Translations under genes and position numbers: made by a program
Notes under the pieces: generated by a model
Seen by the model: the letters and a program-made list of their open reading frames with translations, nothing else
Told to the model about the DNA's origin: nothing
Databases searched by the model: none
Shown: piece after piece, positions 8,759 through 19,400 of the stretch
How positions within the stretch are numbered: position 1 is the stretch's first letter
Layout: every line of letters begins with the position of its first letter
Assembly: GCA_963696385.1 (NCBI GenBank)
Contig: CAVOKF010000007.1
Span: forward strand, 512,001 to 576,000
Direction of reading: 5' to 3'
Length of the DNA: 64,000 nt
From: an uncultured delta proteobacterium
GTDB taxonomy: Bacteria; Myxococcota_A; Polyangia; Polyangiales; Polyangiaceae

Positions 8759-10768
8759 ATGACGCTTCTGCATCTGCCCCGATCCGATGCCCCGCCGTCC
8801 CGTGCGCGAGCTCTCGTCTTCGAAGACCCCCTCTCGCACGAATTACTGAGAAGTCTCGAGCAAATCGCTCCGACCGACGCGACGGTTCTCATCACCGGTG
8901 AGACGGGCACCGGCAAGGAGATCATCGCCCGCCGGCTGCACGAGCGAAGCATGCGCGCGAAGGCTCCCTTCGTCGCAGTCAACTGCGGGGCCTTGGCCCC
9001 ATCGCTCATCGAGAGTGAGCTCTTCGGACACGAAAAGGCGGCGTTCACCGGCGCTCTCACGGCCAAGGCCGGTTGGTTCGAGGCGGCGGGTGGCGGCACG
9101 CTGTTCCTCGACGAGATCGCCGATCTGCCCCTTGCGGCGCAGGTGAAACTCCTGCGTGTCCTGCAGGAGCGGGAAATCGTCCGCATCGGTGCGCGGCGGC
9201 CGGTCGCCATCGACGTCCGTCTCATCGCCGCGACGAACGCCAACCTCGCGCAGGCCGTGACCGAGGGCCGGTTCCGAGAGGACCTCTTTTACCGGCTGCA
9301 CGTCGCCCACTTGACGCTGGCTCCGCTCCGGGACCGGTCCGGCGACATCCTTCCGCTCGCCAAGTATTTCATCGCAACCTACGCGGCCCGACTCGGGCTC
9401 GATGCCGTCCCGCTTACCCCCGAGGCGCAGGCCAAGCTTTTGGCCCATCGATGGTCGGGCAACATCCGCGAACTGGAGAATGCGATGCACCACGCCCTGC
9501 TCGTGCGAAGCGAGGGATGCATCGACGCCGACGATCTGCGTCTCATCGAGGAGGGGCCCATCCGCCCGTCGCCTTCGAGCCCTCCGCCGCCCAAAGACGA
9601 CGCGCCGCGTTCGCGCCCGGGCGACCCGCTCGGGGCGATGGAAGCGGCTCTCGTCGCGTGGTTCGAGCGCGAGCCGCCGAGCCTGCTGCAGCAAATCGAA
9701 GAGGCGGTCTTTCGCAAAGCCTACGAATTTTGCGAACACAACCAGCTGCGTACCGCGCGACTTCTCGGCACGAGTCGAAACATCGTCCGCGCGAGGCTCA
9801 TCCATCATGGCTTGCTCGCCTCGAGTCCCGAGCCTCAGACGTCCGCCGCGCCGGGCGAAAGCCCTCCTGCATGCTCTCCGAAAGCCATCCGCGTGCGCAT
9901 CGGTCACCAGCCGTTCGGCGTGCTGTCTTTGCTCAAAGCGACGCGAGCGCTGGAGGATGCATTTGCCGTGCACGGGGCCGAGGTCGAATGGACACGCTGC
10001 GCCACCGGTATGCAAGTGGTCGACGGACTCGCCGTCGGTGCCATGGATCTCGGCGTGGTCGGCGAGGCGCCTCCGGTCTTCGCACAAGCCGCCTATGCGC
10101 CGCTCGTGTATCTGGCCGCCGAGCCGCCGGCTCCCGAGGGCGAGGGGATCCTGGTCTTGGACGCATCGCCCATCCGCAAGGTCTCGGACCTACGCGGCAA
10201 GACCATTGCCGTCCCACGCGGCTCGAACGCCATGTACTTCGTGCTTCGAGCCCTCGAGGAATGCCGCTTGAACCCCGGCGACGTGGATATCCGTCCGCTC
10301 GCGCCCTCGGAGGGCCACCGCGCGCTGTTGCGGTCGGAGGTGGATGCCTGGGCGATTTGGAATCCGCTCCTGGCGTTCGTCCGGCAGACGACGCCCGTTC
10401 GCCAGATCCGCGACGCCCGCGGCCTCGCCAGCAACCGAGCGTTTTACGTCGCGCGCTTGGCCTTTGCGGATGCTCATCCCGAATGGGTCGACGCGTTTCT
10501 CGGACAAGTGGCCGCCTTGGGCCGGTGGGCCATGGAAAACCGGCGGGCCGCAGCGGACGCGCTTGCGCCGGAGACCGACGTCCCCGCCGACGCGATCGAG
10601 ACGGCGCTCTCGGCGACCCGTTTCGATGTCGGTCCGATCCGAGCGGAGGTCGTGGCCTCTCAACAGCGCATCGCCGACACGTTTTGTCGACTGGGCCTCA
10701 TCGCGCGCCCTGTTCGGGTGGGCGATGCGGTCTGGGCTCCCCCGGGAGCACAACGGCGCTCGGCGTAG
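8759..10768 (+). CDS. SfnR-like sigma54 activator (AAA+ and Fis-HTH) fused to a C-terminal SsuA-like sulfonate-binding domain
   Basis: [58 protein letters not shown]; then [52 protein letters not shown]. Confidence 0.88.
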   Translation: MTLLHLPRSDAPPSRARALVFEDPLSHELLRSLEQIAPTDATVLITGETGTGKEIIARRLHERSMRAKAPFVAVNCGALAPSLIESELFGHEKAAFTGALTAKAGWFEAAGGGTLFLDEIADLPLAAQVKLLRVLQEREIVRIGARRPVAIDVRLIAATNANLAQAVTEGRFREDLFYRLHVAHLTLAPLRDRSGDILPLAKYFIATYAARLGLDAVPLTPEAQAKLLAHRWSGNIRELENAMHHALLVRSEGCIDADDLRLIEEGPIRPSPSSPPPPKDDAPRSRPGDPLGAMEAALVAWFEREPPSLLQQIEEAVFRKAYEFCEHNQLRTARLLGTSRNIVRARLIHHGLLASSPEPQTSAAPGESPPACSPKAIRVRIGHQPFGVLSLLKATRALEDAFAVHGAEVEWTRCATGMQVVDGLAVGAMDLGVVGEAPPVFAQAAYAPLVYLAAEPPAPEGEGILVLDASPIRKVSDLRGKTIAVPRGSNAMYFVLRALEECRLNPGDVDIRPLAPSEGHRALLRSEVDAWAIWNPLLAFVRQTTPVRQIRDARGLASNRAFYVARLAFADAHPEWVDAFLGQVAALGRWAMENRRAAADALAPETDVPADAIETALSATRFDVGPIRAEVVASQQRIADTFCRLGLIARPVRVGDAVWAPPGAQRRSA

Positions 10769-11903
10769 CGGGGACGTGGCCGGGCGCGTAGCGTTGCGCC
10801 AGCATTTCACCGAACGGTCCGGTCAGGTTGTGCTCGAAACCGTTGGCGGGCGTTTCAAGCGGAAGCCTCGGGAAGAGAAGCTCGGCCACCCGATACGCCT
10901 CCTCGAGGTGCGGATAGCCGGAGAGGATGAAGCTGTCGACTCCCGCATCCGCGTATTCGAGTATCCGCGCCGCGACCGTGTCCGGGTCCCCCACGAGCGC
11001 CGTGCCGGCGCCACCCCGAGCGAGACCCACGCCGGCCCACAGGTTGGGGCTCACCTCCAGCTTGTCGCGGCGCCCTCCGTGAAGGGCCACCATACGACGC
11101 TGCCCCTCCGACTCGAAGTGCGCGAACGCATGCTGCGCCGCCGCGATCGCAGCGTCGTCGAGGCGGCTGATGAGAGCCTCGGCCGCCGACCAGGCCTCCG
11201 AGTCGCTTCGTCGGACAATCACGTGCACGCGGAGCCCAAAACGCAAGGTGCGCCCAAGCTTCGCCGCGCGCTCGCGAACATCCGCGATCTTCGCGGCCAC
11301 CGCTCGGGGGGGCTCGCCCCAGCTCAAGTACACGTCGACCTCGCGCGCCGCGACGTCGTGGCCCGCATCCGACGAGCCCCCGATGTAGATCGGCGGGTGC
11401 GGGCGCTGCACCGGCGGATAGAGAATTTTGGCGCCGCGCACCGAAATGTGTCGACCTTCGAAGTCGACGGTTTCGCCACTCAGAACCCGTTTGAAAATCT
11501 GCAAGAACTCCGAGGTCGCCACGTAACGCTCATCGCGTCGCAGGTAGACGCCATCGCCCTCGGACTCGGCCGGATCGCCTCCCGTGACCACGTTGAGTAA
11601 GACGCGCCCCCGGGAGATGCGATCGAGCGATGCCGTCATGCGCGCGGCGAGGGTCGGTGAAAGGATGCCAGGGCGCAGGGCGACGAGAAACCGAAGCCGA
11701 TCGGTTACGGGCACCATGGCGGAGGCCACCACCCACGCGTCTTCGCACGAGCGTCCGGTGGGCAAAAGAACTCCGTAGAACCCGAGTGCGTCCGCCGCCT
11801 GCGCGATCTGCCGCAGATACGGTAGGTCGACGCCCCGAGCCCCGTCGGCGCTTCCGAGAAAGGCACCGTCGCCGTGGGTGGGCAGAAACCAAAATATGTC
11901 CAT
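10698..11903 (-). CDS. ssuD: FMNH2-dependent alkanesulfonate monooxygenase
   Basis: [70 protein letters not shown]. Confidence 0.95.
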   Translation of the reverse strand: MDIFWFLPTHGDGAFLGSADGARGVDLPYLRQIAQAADALGFYGVLLPTGRSCEDAWVVASAMVPVTDRLRFLVALRPGILSPTLAARMTASLDRISRGRVLLNVVTGGDPAESEGDGVYLRRDERYVATSEFLQIFKRVLSGETVDFEGRHISVRGAKILYPPVQRPHPPIYIGGSSDAGHDVAAREVDVYLSWGEPPRAVAAKIADVRERAAKLGRTLRFGLRVHVIVRRSDSEAWSAAEALISRLDDAAIAAAQHAFAHFESEGQRRMVALHGGRRDKLEVSPNLWAGVGLARGGAGTALVGDPDTVAARILEYADAGVDSFILSGYPHLEEAYRVAELLFPRLPLETPANGFEHNLTGPFGEMLAQRYAPGHVPATPSAVVLPGEPRPHRPPEQGAR

Positions 11904-11993
11904 ACTTGGTGCCCTGCCCGCAAATCTCGGGCCCGGCAGGCGACCCTCGAAGAGGGTGTGGAAGCGGATTCGGGACTGCTGGCCACGCAGCCG

Positions 11994-12009
11994 TGCTCCA
12001 GCAGTGCCG
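11994..12009 (-). promoter_or_regulatory. Possible sigma54 promoter for ssuD
   Basis: Minus strand CGGCACTGCTGGAGCA = GG-N10-GC; weak -12 element. Confidence 0.35.
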
Positions 12010-12139
12010 TTTGCTGCGCAGCAGGTGTCCGGGCGTGGGACGCGACATCAGCCCGTGTCGTGGCGGACAGGATCTTCGAAAGCCGTCCGGCGCTCCAAAG
12101 CCCGGGATTGTCCGCGATCCGACCGACCGCGCTCGCACC

Positions 12140-12155
12140 CGGCATGTGGCCTGCA
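12140..12155 (+). promoter_or_regulatory. Putative sigma54 promoter for the MsuC/SfnA-like gene
   Basis: CGGCATGTGGCCTGCA = GG-N10-GC. Confidence 0.55.
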
Positions 12156-12166
12156 CGCGGCCCGGT

Positions 12167-13327
12167 ATGACCGATCTGCTCTCTATGGCCGAGGGCCTGG
12201 CCCGGACCTTCGCGGCGACCGCGATCGAACGCGACCGCGCCGGAGGGACCCCGAAGCGCGAGCGCGATGCCCTGCGCGCAAGCGATCTCTTGGCCATGTC
12301 CATTCCCGTCCGCCTCGGCGGCAGCGGGGCGGACTGGGCCACGACGCTCCGCGCCGTGCGCGCGATTTCGCGCGCGGACGGATCGCTCGGACACGTTTTC
12401 GGCTTCCAGCACCTCTTGCTTGCAACCGTTCGCCTGTTCGGCACGCCCGCCCAGTTCGATGCCCTGGCGCGCGACACGGTGAAACAGCGGTGGTTCTGGG
12501 GTAACGCCCTCAACCCCCTCGACACGCGAGCCAGGCTCGTGCAACGCGGAGACGAGTTCGCGATCTCGGGCACGAAGAGCTTTTGCTCCGGTGCCAGGGA
12601 TGCCGACATGCTCGTCGTGTCGGCGACCGATGCCGTCAACGGTCGGCTCATCGTGGCGGTCGTGCCCGCTTCGCGCCCCGGAATCACCGCTCATGACGAT
12701 TGGGACAATATGGGGCAACGCCAAACCGATAGCGGCACCGTCGTCTTCGACAACGCCCGCGTGCTCGAGAGCGAGATCCTCGCGCATCCCGGGCCGCTCG
12801 GCAGCCCGCTCGCCTCGCTTCGGCCTCTCGTCGCCCAGCTCACCCTCGTCAACGTCTATATCGGGCTTGCGGAGGGTGCCTTCGAGGCCGCCCGGACGAT
12901 CACCCGCGAGCGAGGCAAAGGTTGGTTTGCGAGTGGGGTCGAACGGATCGTCGACGATCCTTACGTCCTGGCCTCGTTCGGTGACCTGTATTGCGAGCTC
13001 GAGGGCGCACGGCTCATCGCGGACGCGGCCGCGGCGAAGCTCGACGGGGCGTGGACCCGCGGCGACGAGCTCACGACCCACGGCCGCGGCGAAGTGGCGG
13101 TCGCCGTGGCCGCCGCCAAGGTGGCTGCGACGCGCGCGGGCTTGGAGGTGACCAGCCGGATCTTCGACGCGACCGGTGCGCGTGCGACGACGGCGCGTCT
13201 CGGACTCGATCGCTTCTGGCGCAACCTGCGCACCCATACCCTGCATGACCCGGTCGACTACAAGCGCCGAGACGTGGGGCGCTGGCTTCTCACCGATGAG
13301 TGGCCGGCCCCCTCTTTCTACTCGTGA
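12167..13327 (+). CDS. Acyl-CoA dehydrogenase-fold flavin monooxygenase (MsuC/SfnA/DszC-like)
   Basis: FWGNALNPLD, GTKSFCSGA, DDWDNMGQRQTDSG, LDRFWRNLRTHTLHDPVDYK, C-terminal PSFYS. Confidence 0.85.
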   Translation: MTDLLSMAEGLARTFAATAIERDRAGGTPKRERDALRASDLLAMSIPVRLGGSGADWATTLRAVRAISRADGSLGHVFGFQHLLLATVRLFGTPAQFDALARDTVKQRWFWGNALNPLDTRARLVQRGDEFAISGTKSFCSGARDADMLVVSATDAVNGRLIVAVVPASRPGITAHDDWDNMGQRQTDSGTVVFDNARVLESEILAHPGPLGSPLASLRPLVAQLTLVNVYIGLAEGAFEAARTITRERGKGWFASGVERIVDDPYVLASFGDLYCELEGARLIADAAAAKLDGAWTRGDELTTHGRGEVAVAVAAAKVAATRAGLEVTSRIFDATGARATTARLGLDRFWRNLRTHTLHDPVDYKRRDVGRWLLTDEWPAPSFYS

Positions 13328-13444
13328 GGTCACCGGCTGGCCGCCGCGTGTTCTGTAGCAGCAACAGCCCCGCAGTCGGTGCACATGTCGGGGCAGACGA
13401 CACGACGCTGGGTCGAATTCCGTTCTTTTTGCGGCGATTGGGGC

Positions 13445-13460
13445 CGGCACAAAGCCTGCA
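13445..13460 (+). promoter_or_regulatory. Putative sigma54 promoter for sfnG
   Basis: CGGCACAAAGCCTGCA = GG-N10-GC, 50 bp upstream of ATG with AAGGAG RBS. Confidence 0.7.
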
Positions 13461-13510
13461 CCCGAGCAGGGCGAAGGCGAGTGAACCGGACATATCCGAA
13501 GGAGCGCACG

Positions 13511-14617
13511 ATGAGTATCGAGACGAGCACGCGCGTAAACGAACCCATCAAGTTCGCCTACTGGGTCCCCAACGTGAGCGGGGGCCTGGTGATTAGCAAG
13601 ATCGAGCAGCGGACCGACTGGAGCCTCGACTACAATGTGAAGCTCGCGCGGCTCGCCGAGAACCATGGCTTCGAATACGCGCTGAGCCAGGTCCGTTACA
13701 TGGCAAGCTACGGGGCCGAGTTCCAGCATGAGTCGACGACCTTCAGCTTCGCGCTGCTCCAGGCGACGCAGCGGCTCAAGGTCATTGCGGCCATCCACCC
13801 GGGCCTATGGCATCCGGCCGTGCTCGCCAAACTCGTGGCCACGCAGGACCTGCTGAGTGGGGGACGATCGGCCGTGAACGTCGTCAGCGGGTGGTTCAAA
13901 GGTGAATTCACCGCGCTCGGAGAGCCTTGGCTCGAGCACGACGAACGCTACCGGCGGTCGGAGGAATTCATTCGCGTGCTCCGGGGCAGTTGGACCGAGG
14001 ACCACTTTTCATTCTCCGGCGACTTCTATCGCATCCATGGGTACAGCTTGAAGCCGAAGCCCATCCAGTCCCCGCACCCGGAGATCTTCCAGGGCGGCAC
14101 TTCTCGAGCGGCGCGCGACATGGCCGCCCGGGTCTCTGATTGGTATTTTTGCAACGGCAATACGATCGAGGCCATCCAGGCACAAGTCGACGACATCCGA
14201 CGCAAAGCCGCCGAGGTCGGCCGGCGTCCTCCGAAGATTGGAATGAACGCGTTCATCATCGCCCGCGACACGGAAGCCGAAGCGAAGAAGGTCCTCGACG
14301 ACATCGTCAAGCATGCGGACCGCGAAGCGGTCAACGCGTTCGGAGACGCCGTCAAGCAAGCGGGCAAAGCGTCTCCCGAGGGTCAGGGCAATTGGGCCAA
14401 TTCGACGTTCGAAGATCTCGTGCAATACAACGACGGATTTCGGCCGGGATTGGTCGGTACACCGGATCAAATCGCCGGTCGGATCGCCGCATACAAGTCC
14501 GCCGGGGTCGATCTGGTGCTCGCGGGCTTTCTTCACTACTTGGAAGATGTCGAATACTTCGGCAAACGGATCCTGCCGTTGGTGCGCGCGGGCGAGTCCA
14601 ATCGCGTCGCGGCGTAA
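13511..14617 (+). CDS. sfnG: Dimethylsulfone monooxygenase
   Basis: IKFAYWVPNVSGGLVISKIEQRTDW, WLEHDERYRRSEEF, DLVQYNDGF, GFLHYLEDVEYFGKR. Confidence 0.93.
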   Translation: MSIETSTRVNEPIKFAYWVPNVSGGLVISKIEQRTDWSLDYNVKLARLAENHGFEYALSQVRYMASYGAEFQHESTTFSFALLQATQRLKVIAAIHPGLWHPAVLAKLVATQDLLSGGRSAVNVVSGWFKGEFTALGEPWLEHDERYRRSEEFIRVLRGSWTEDHFSFSGDFYRIHGYSLKPKPIQSPHPEIFQGGTSRAARDMAARVSDWYFCNGNTIEAIQAQVDDIRRKAAEVGRRPPKIGMNAFIIARDTEAEAKKVLDDIVKHADREAVNAFGDAVKQAGKASPEGQGNWANSTFEDLVQYNDGFRPGLVGTPDQIAGRIAAYKSAGVDLVLAGFLHYLEDVEYFGKRILPLVRAGESNRVAA

Positions 14618-14859
14618 GGTCCGGACGGCTTTTTGTCCAACACCCAGCGCCTCTCTGCTTGGGGCGGCTCCAGCTGAGCCGCGCGCCAGTGAGAGGCGGC
14701 CCCAGGCGGGGACGCGCTCGCTGACGCGCAGCAGTTGGTGGGGGCGAGAGCCTCGAGCCCATCGGCGAAGCGACGGCTGTACGCCGACCGATCTCCCCTG
14801 GGGGAGATGCGGGTGGTTACGCGGTTACCGAGCCGCCGCCCGAAGCGGGAGCGACCGCC

Positions 14860-16101
14860 TCAACTCCATGCGTGAAGCGGCGGATTGACCCCATTGAGGT
14901 AGTAGTCGCCGAGGATTGCGTACTTCCAGCGGACCGGATCGTGAAGGGTGTGAGTGCGAGCGTTTCGCCAATGCCGATCGAGGGCGTGTTCGGCCAGCGT
15001 CGAGCGCGTGCCGGCGAGCTCGAAAATCTTGTTGGTGGCCAAAATGGCTAATTCAGTCGAAAAAATCTTGGCTTTGGCCACTTCGATTTGCGCCTCGGCG
15101 ACCGCTTGGGTGCTGGGCTCCGCCACGGCGCGGTCCACCGCCCGCCCCGCCCCGTCGAGCAACGCCTGCGTCGCGCTCAATCGGAGCTCGAGGTCGCCAA
15201 TCGCCTGAATCGTGTACGGATCGGCGGTCGCCGACTCCACACCGCTATCGACCCACGCTCGAGTTTTCGTCTTCACGAATTCGATCGTGTCCTCGATGGC
15301 GGCCCGTGCGATGCCTGTGTCGACCGCGGCCTGGATAATCTGAAAGATCGCGCCGTCGGCGGTCGGGTGGTCGTACCCTTTGTAGCCGGGAACCAGGTGC
15401 GTCTTCGGTACCTTGACGTTTTTGAGCAGCACCGTTCCGCTGAGGGTCGTCCGCTGTCCAAAACTCGACCAATCGTCGATGACGCTCAAGCCGGGCGCAT
15501 CCCGCTCGGCGATCGCATACCAGGCCCTACCCTGATCATCGAGCGCCACGATGGGCACGAGGTGCGCGAGGAGCGCGCCGGTTGCATAAAATTTTCGGCC
15601 GTTCACGATTACGTGGTCGCCCTTGTCCTCGAAGCGCGTCTCGAAGTCGACCGCGCGCTTCGACCCGTATTCTGAAAACGCGTTGCCGAATCGAAGGCCT
15701 CGCAGGACGGCGGCAAACAAGAGCTTCTGCTGGTCCGGATCCGAAACGGTGCGAATCGCGGCCACCACGCCGAGATGATTTTGCGGAATCTGGCCCAGCG
15801 ACGGGTCTGCGGCCGAGATGATTTCGATGACGCGGGAGAGTGTAACGTACGACACTTCGGGCCCGCCGAACTTTTTCGGCACATTGATCGACCAGAGACC
15901 GCTCTGCGAGAAGTCATCGAGTTCCTCGAGCGGCCGACGGCGTGTTCGGTCACGCTCGGCGGCTCCTTTGGCAAATTTCTGTGCGAGCTCTCGCGCGACG
16001 GCAATGGCTTCTCGATCGTCACGAAGGATGTGGGCGGGGTGTTTGGGGCGGGCTACCGCCGGCGCGGGTTCGGTGGCATTCTGCGAAGAAGCACTGGTCA
16101 T
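14860..16101 (-). CDS. sfnB: SfnB-family sulfur-acquisition oxidoreductase
   Basis: ADPSLGQIPQNH, DDWSSFGQRTTLSG, LDRHWRNARTHTLHDPVRWKY, C-terminal PLHAWS. Confidence 0.85.
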   Translation of the reverse strand: MTSASSQNATEPAPAVARPKHPAHILRDDREAIAVARELAQKFAKGAAERDRTRRRPLEELDDFSQSGLWSINVPKKFGGPEVSYVTLSRVIEIISAADPSLGQIPQNHLGVVAAIRTVSDPDQQKLLFAAVLRGLRFGNAFSEYGSKRAVDFETRFEDKGDHVIVNGRKFYATGALLAHLVPIVALDDQGRAWYAIAERDAPGLSVIDDWSSFGQRTTLSGTVLLKNVKVPKTHLVPGYKGYDHPTADGAIFQIIQAAVDTGIARAAIEDTIEFVKTKTRAWVDSGVESATADPYTIQAIGDLELRLSATQALLDGAGRAVDRAVAEPSTQAVAEAQIEVAKAKIFSTELAILATNKIFELAGTRSTLAEHALDRHWRNARTHTLHDPVRWKYAILGDYYLNGVNPPLHAWS

Positions 16102-16123
16102 GGGACTCTCCGCAACGCACCGA

Positions 16124-16139
16124 GGCATCGGCCGTGCCA
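16124..16139 (-). promoter_or_regulatory. Putative sigma54 promoter for sfnB
   Basis: Minus strand TGGCACGGCCGATGCC; canonical TGGCACG -24 element. Confidence 0.7.
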
Positions 16140-16453
16140 CGGCAACGGACACGGTGCGACGCGCGAAACGGGTGGGCCCGGGCATTGCCGTCCACCCGAA
16201 CGTGATGGGCCTCGCGCAGCGGGTGTTGGCGGACTGCTGCTGGACACGCAAAACGGCCGCCGCCGACGGCGCGCCCGTCGGATCCAGCCACTCGCGTTTC
16301 CTCCGCGCTAATGGCATCGAGGCTGCGCGCCGTACGAACCAACCAGAAGGGTCGTCGATGCCGAGCGTGCACTATGGGGAGGATGCGGCTGCTTCCACGG
16401 ATTGCCGGACAAGGCGTACCCATGAATGACCCTGGCGCTCGCCGTGTTGCAGG

Positions 16454-19400
16454 TTAGGAGAGCAGCAGTTCGAGGTCGGCGCGGGTCAACCCACCGACGG
16501 CAGCTCCACCCTCGCCGAACAGCGCGTCGGCCAGCTCCCGCTTTTGCGACTGCAGCTGCGCGACCTTCTCCTCTACGGTACCGCGTGCGATCAACCGGTA
16601 GGCGAGCACGGTTCGCGCCTGGCCAATCCGATGGGCACGGTCGATCGCCTGCGCCTCGACCGCGGGATTCCACCACGGGTCAAGCAGAAATACGTATTCT
16701 GCCGCGGTGAGGTTCAGCCCTGTCCCGCCGGCCTTGAGGCTCAGCAGGAACACGCTGCACCGTGCGTCCGACTGGAAGCGCGCCACGCATCCGGCGCGGT
16801 CGGTCGTGGCGCCGTCGAGGTACTCGTATTCGATGCCGCTCCGTTCGAGGCGGTCGCGCACGATGGAGAGGAGGCTCGTGAACTGCGAAAATACGAGTGC
16901 CTTCTGACCCTGGGTGCGCAGGGCGTCGAGGTGTTGGAGAAGGACGTCGAGTTTGGCGCTCGGTTCGCCGCGCAGTCCTTCGTCGATGAGCCCCGGATGG
17001 CAAGCTGCCTGACGCAGACGAAGCAGTGCCTCGAGAATGTGGGCGGTCGAGCGGGCCACACCGTCTCGGGCGACTCTCCGGCCGAGCGATCGCCGGTAGT
17101 GGCCGTGCAACTGGTCGTACCGGCGCCGCTGCTCGCCTTCGAGCTCGCACGAGATCGTCTGCTCAATCCGATCGGGCAGCTCGGGCGCGACCTGGCGCTT
17201 CGTGCGGCGAAGAAAGAATGGGCGCACCGCCCGTGCGAGTACGTCACGCGTAGCGTCGTCGATACGATGGGTCCCCTGCGCCAGCGTGGACAGGGCGTTC
17301 GAGGCGCCGAGCAGGCCCGGATTCAAGAAATCGAGCAATGCCGCGAGTTCGCCCAGGTGGTTTTCTACCGGCGTTCCGGTCAGCGCGAGCCGGTGCCGGG
17401 CTCGCAGCGCACGCGCGGCCTGCGCCGTCGCCGTGCGCGCGGTCTTGATGGCCTGGGCCTCGTCGAGGATGACGTAATCGAAGTCAAGCTGCGAGAGCGC
17501 CTCGAGATCGCTGCGGAGCAGCCCGTACGTGGTCAGCACCAAATCGTAGTCACCGAAGTTGCCGCCCGGATCGGCCCGTGTGGGGCCGTCATGTTCCAGC
17601 ACGCGCAGCCGCGGTGCAAAGCGGGCCACCTCCGCCGCCCAGTTGAACAAGACCGACCGGGGTGCCACGACGAGCGAAGGTCCGGGCGCGGGGCGCTCCT
17701 GGCGACGCGCATCGAGCATGGCGAGCACCTGGACCGTCTTGCCGAGACCCATGTCGTCGGCCAGGCAGCCCCCGAACCCAAGCTGGCGAAGCGCTTTGAA
17801 CCATCCAAGCGCATGGCGCTGGTACTCGCGAAGGCTTCCCTGGAATGTGCGCGGAGGGTCGAGCGGCGTGATGTCGGCGAACGCGTGGACATCCCGGCGC
17901 AGCGCGGCGAACCCGGCATCGAACGTAGGGAGTCGTTCGCTCTCCAAAAGCGCGGCGACGAGCGGCGCCTGCACCTTGTGAAAGCGCAGCCCGTCATCGC
18001 GCGGCGCAGCCATCGCGACCCATCGGCGCAATTTCTCGATCTGGTCGTCGGAAAGCTCGCCCACCGAGCCGTCGGCGAGGACGATGTTTCGCCGCTTCTG
18101 CCGAAGCGCCGCGAGCAGTTCGGGAAACGCCGCGTCGATTCCGTCGAAGCGAGCCTGGACCCCCACCTCCAGCCAGTCGATGCCCGTCGAGACCGAGACC
18201 GCGAAAGCGCCGGCGGAACGACGAAGGGTGCCGTTGACTTCGATGCGCCAGCCCAGCCCGACGAGCGCTCGCGCGGCCGGCTCGACCTTGCCGAGCGCAA
18301 TGCGGTGGGCACAGCGCTCCGCCGTCCGACGTTGCCAGTGCTGCAGCGGGCGGACCCCGACGGCCTCGAGTTGTCCGCGAGCGGTGTCCTCGGCGCCCGC
18401 GTCCCGAACGACCAAGCGCCGGCGGGCGCGGTCGAAAACGGCCGAGCCCCGGGTGTCCAATGGGACGCGCACCCCGTCGTAGTCGAAGCCCGCTTCGACC
18501 CGTTGCCCACCCTCGATCGCGGCTTGCCGGTTGGTCTGGAGCAGAGCGTAGGGCCGTCCGGCGCCGTGAACCTCGGGCACGGCATGCTCGGGCGGCAGCG
18601 TCAACCGCGGAGCGCGTGGGGCGCGGAACAACGCGTCGATGAAATCGTCGACCTCATGGATCGGAAGCGCGGCAGGCTGTGAGGCCCTTTCCTCCGCCAA
18701 CCACGCGAAGTGTCCGCGGTCATCGAAGGGGGCCACGCGATCGGCCCAAAACGCGAAACCGCCTATCAGAACGAGCTCCGGATCGCACGCGGGGACGGCT
18801 TCGTCGGCTCGCTCCAGAATGGCCCGGACGCGAAGCGTGTCGCCTTCATCAGGCTGGGTCACCGCGAGGGCGAGCGAGTACGGCTCGGGATCCCAACGGA
18901 GCGGAACACGGTCGGGCTCGCCGAGATACGCGCGGCCGCTCGCGACGAGCCTCTCGAGGAGCTCTCTCGACGCACGTCCGACGGAAAAGGTTCCCGCGCC
19001 GAGCGCACCGTGGGCGGCCCCATGTCCACCGGCGGCCTGGCTGGCCGCGTCGAGGAGCCCGAGCACCCAGGCGTCGGACTCCGGCACGAAGCTCCCCCAA
19101 GGCCTTCCGATGCGGGCGGGACGCCAGAGACCGGCGTTCTGCGGACCGACCCTCTCCACGACCCGCACCACCAGCGAACCCCGAGCCTTGGTCGCCACGG
19201 GATCCAGGACGAAACGAAGCGTGCTCCGTCCGGGCTCCGGAGGCCGAGCGGATGCCGCTCGCGCCGCCATGAGGTCACGCCAGCTCGCTTCAGGACCGCG
19301 CGTGGAGGGACGCTTTGGGATGGCCGGGGTGATCTGCGTCGGTCCTCGGTCCCGCTCGTCCCCGTCCCGGCCTTTGTTGTCATCGTCCGTCGCGTCGCCG

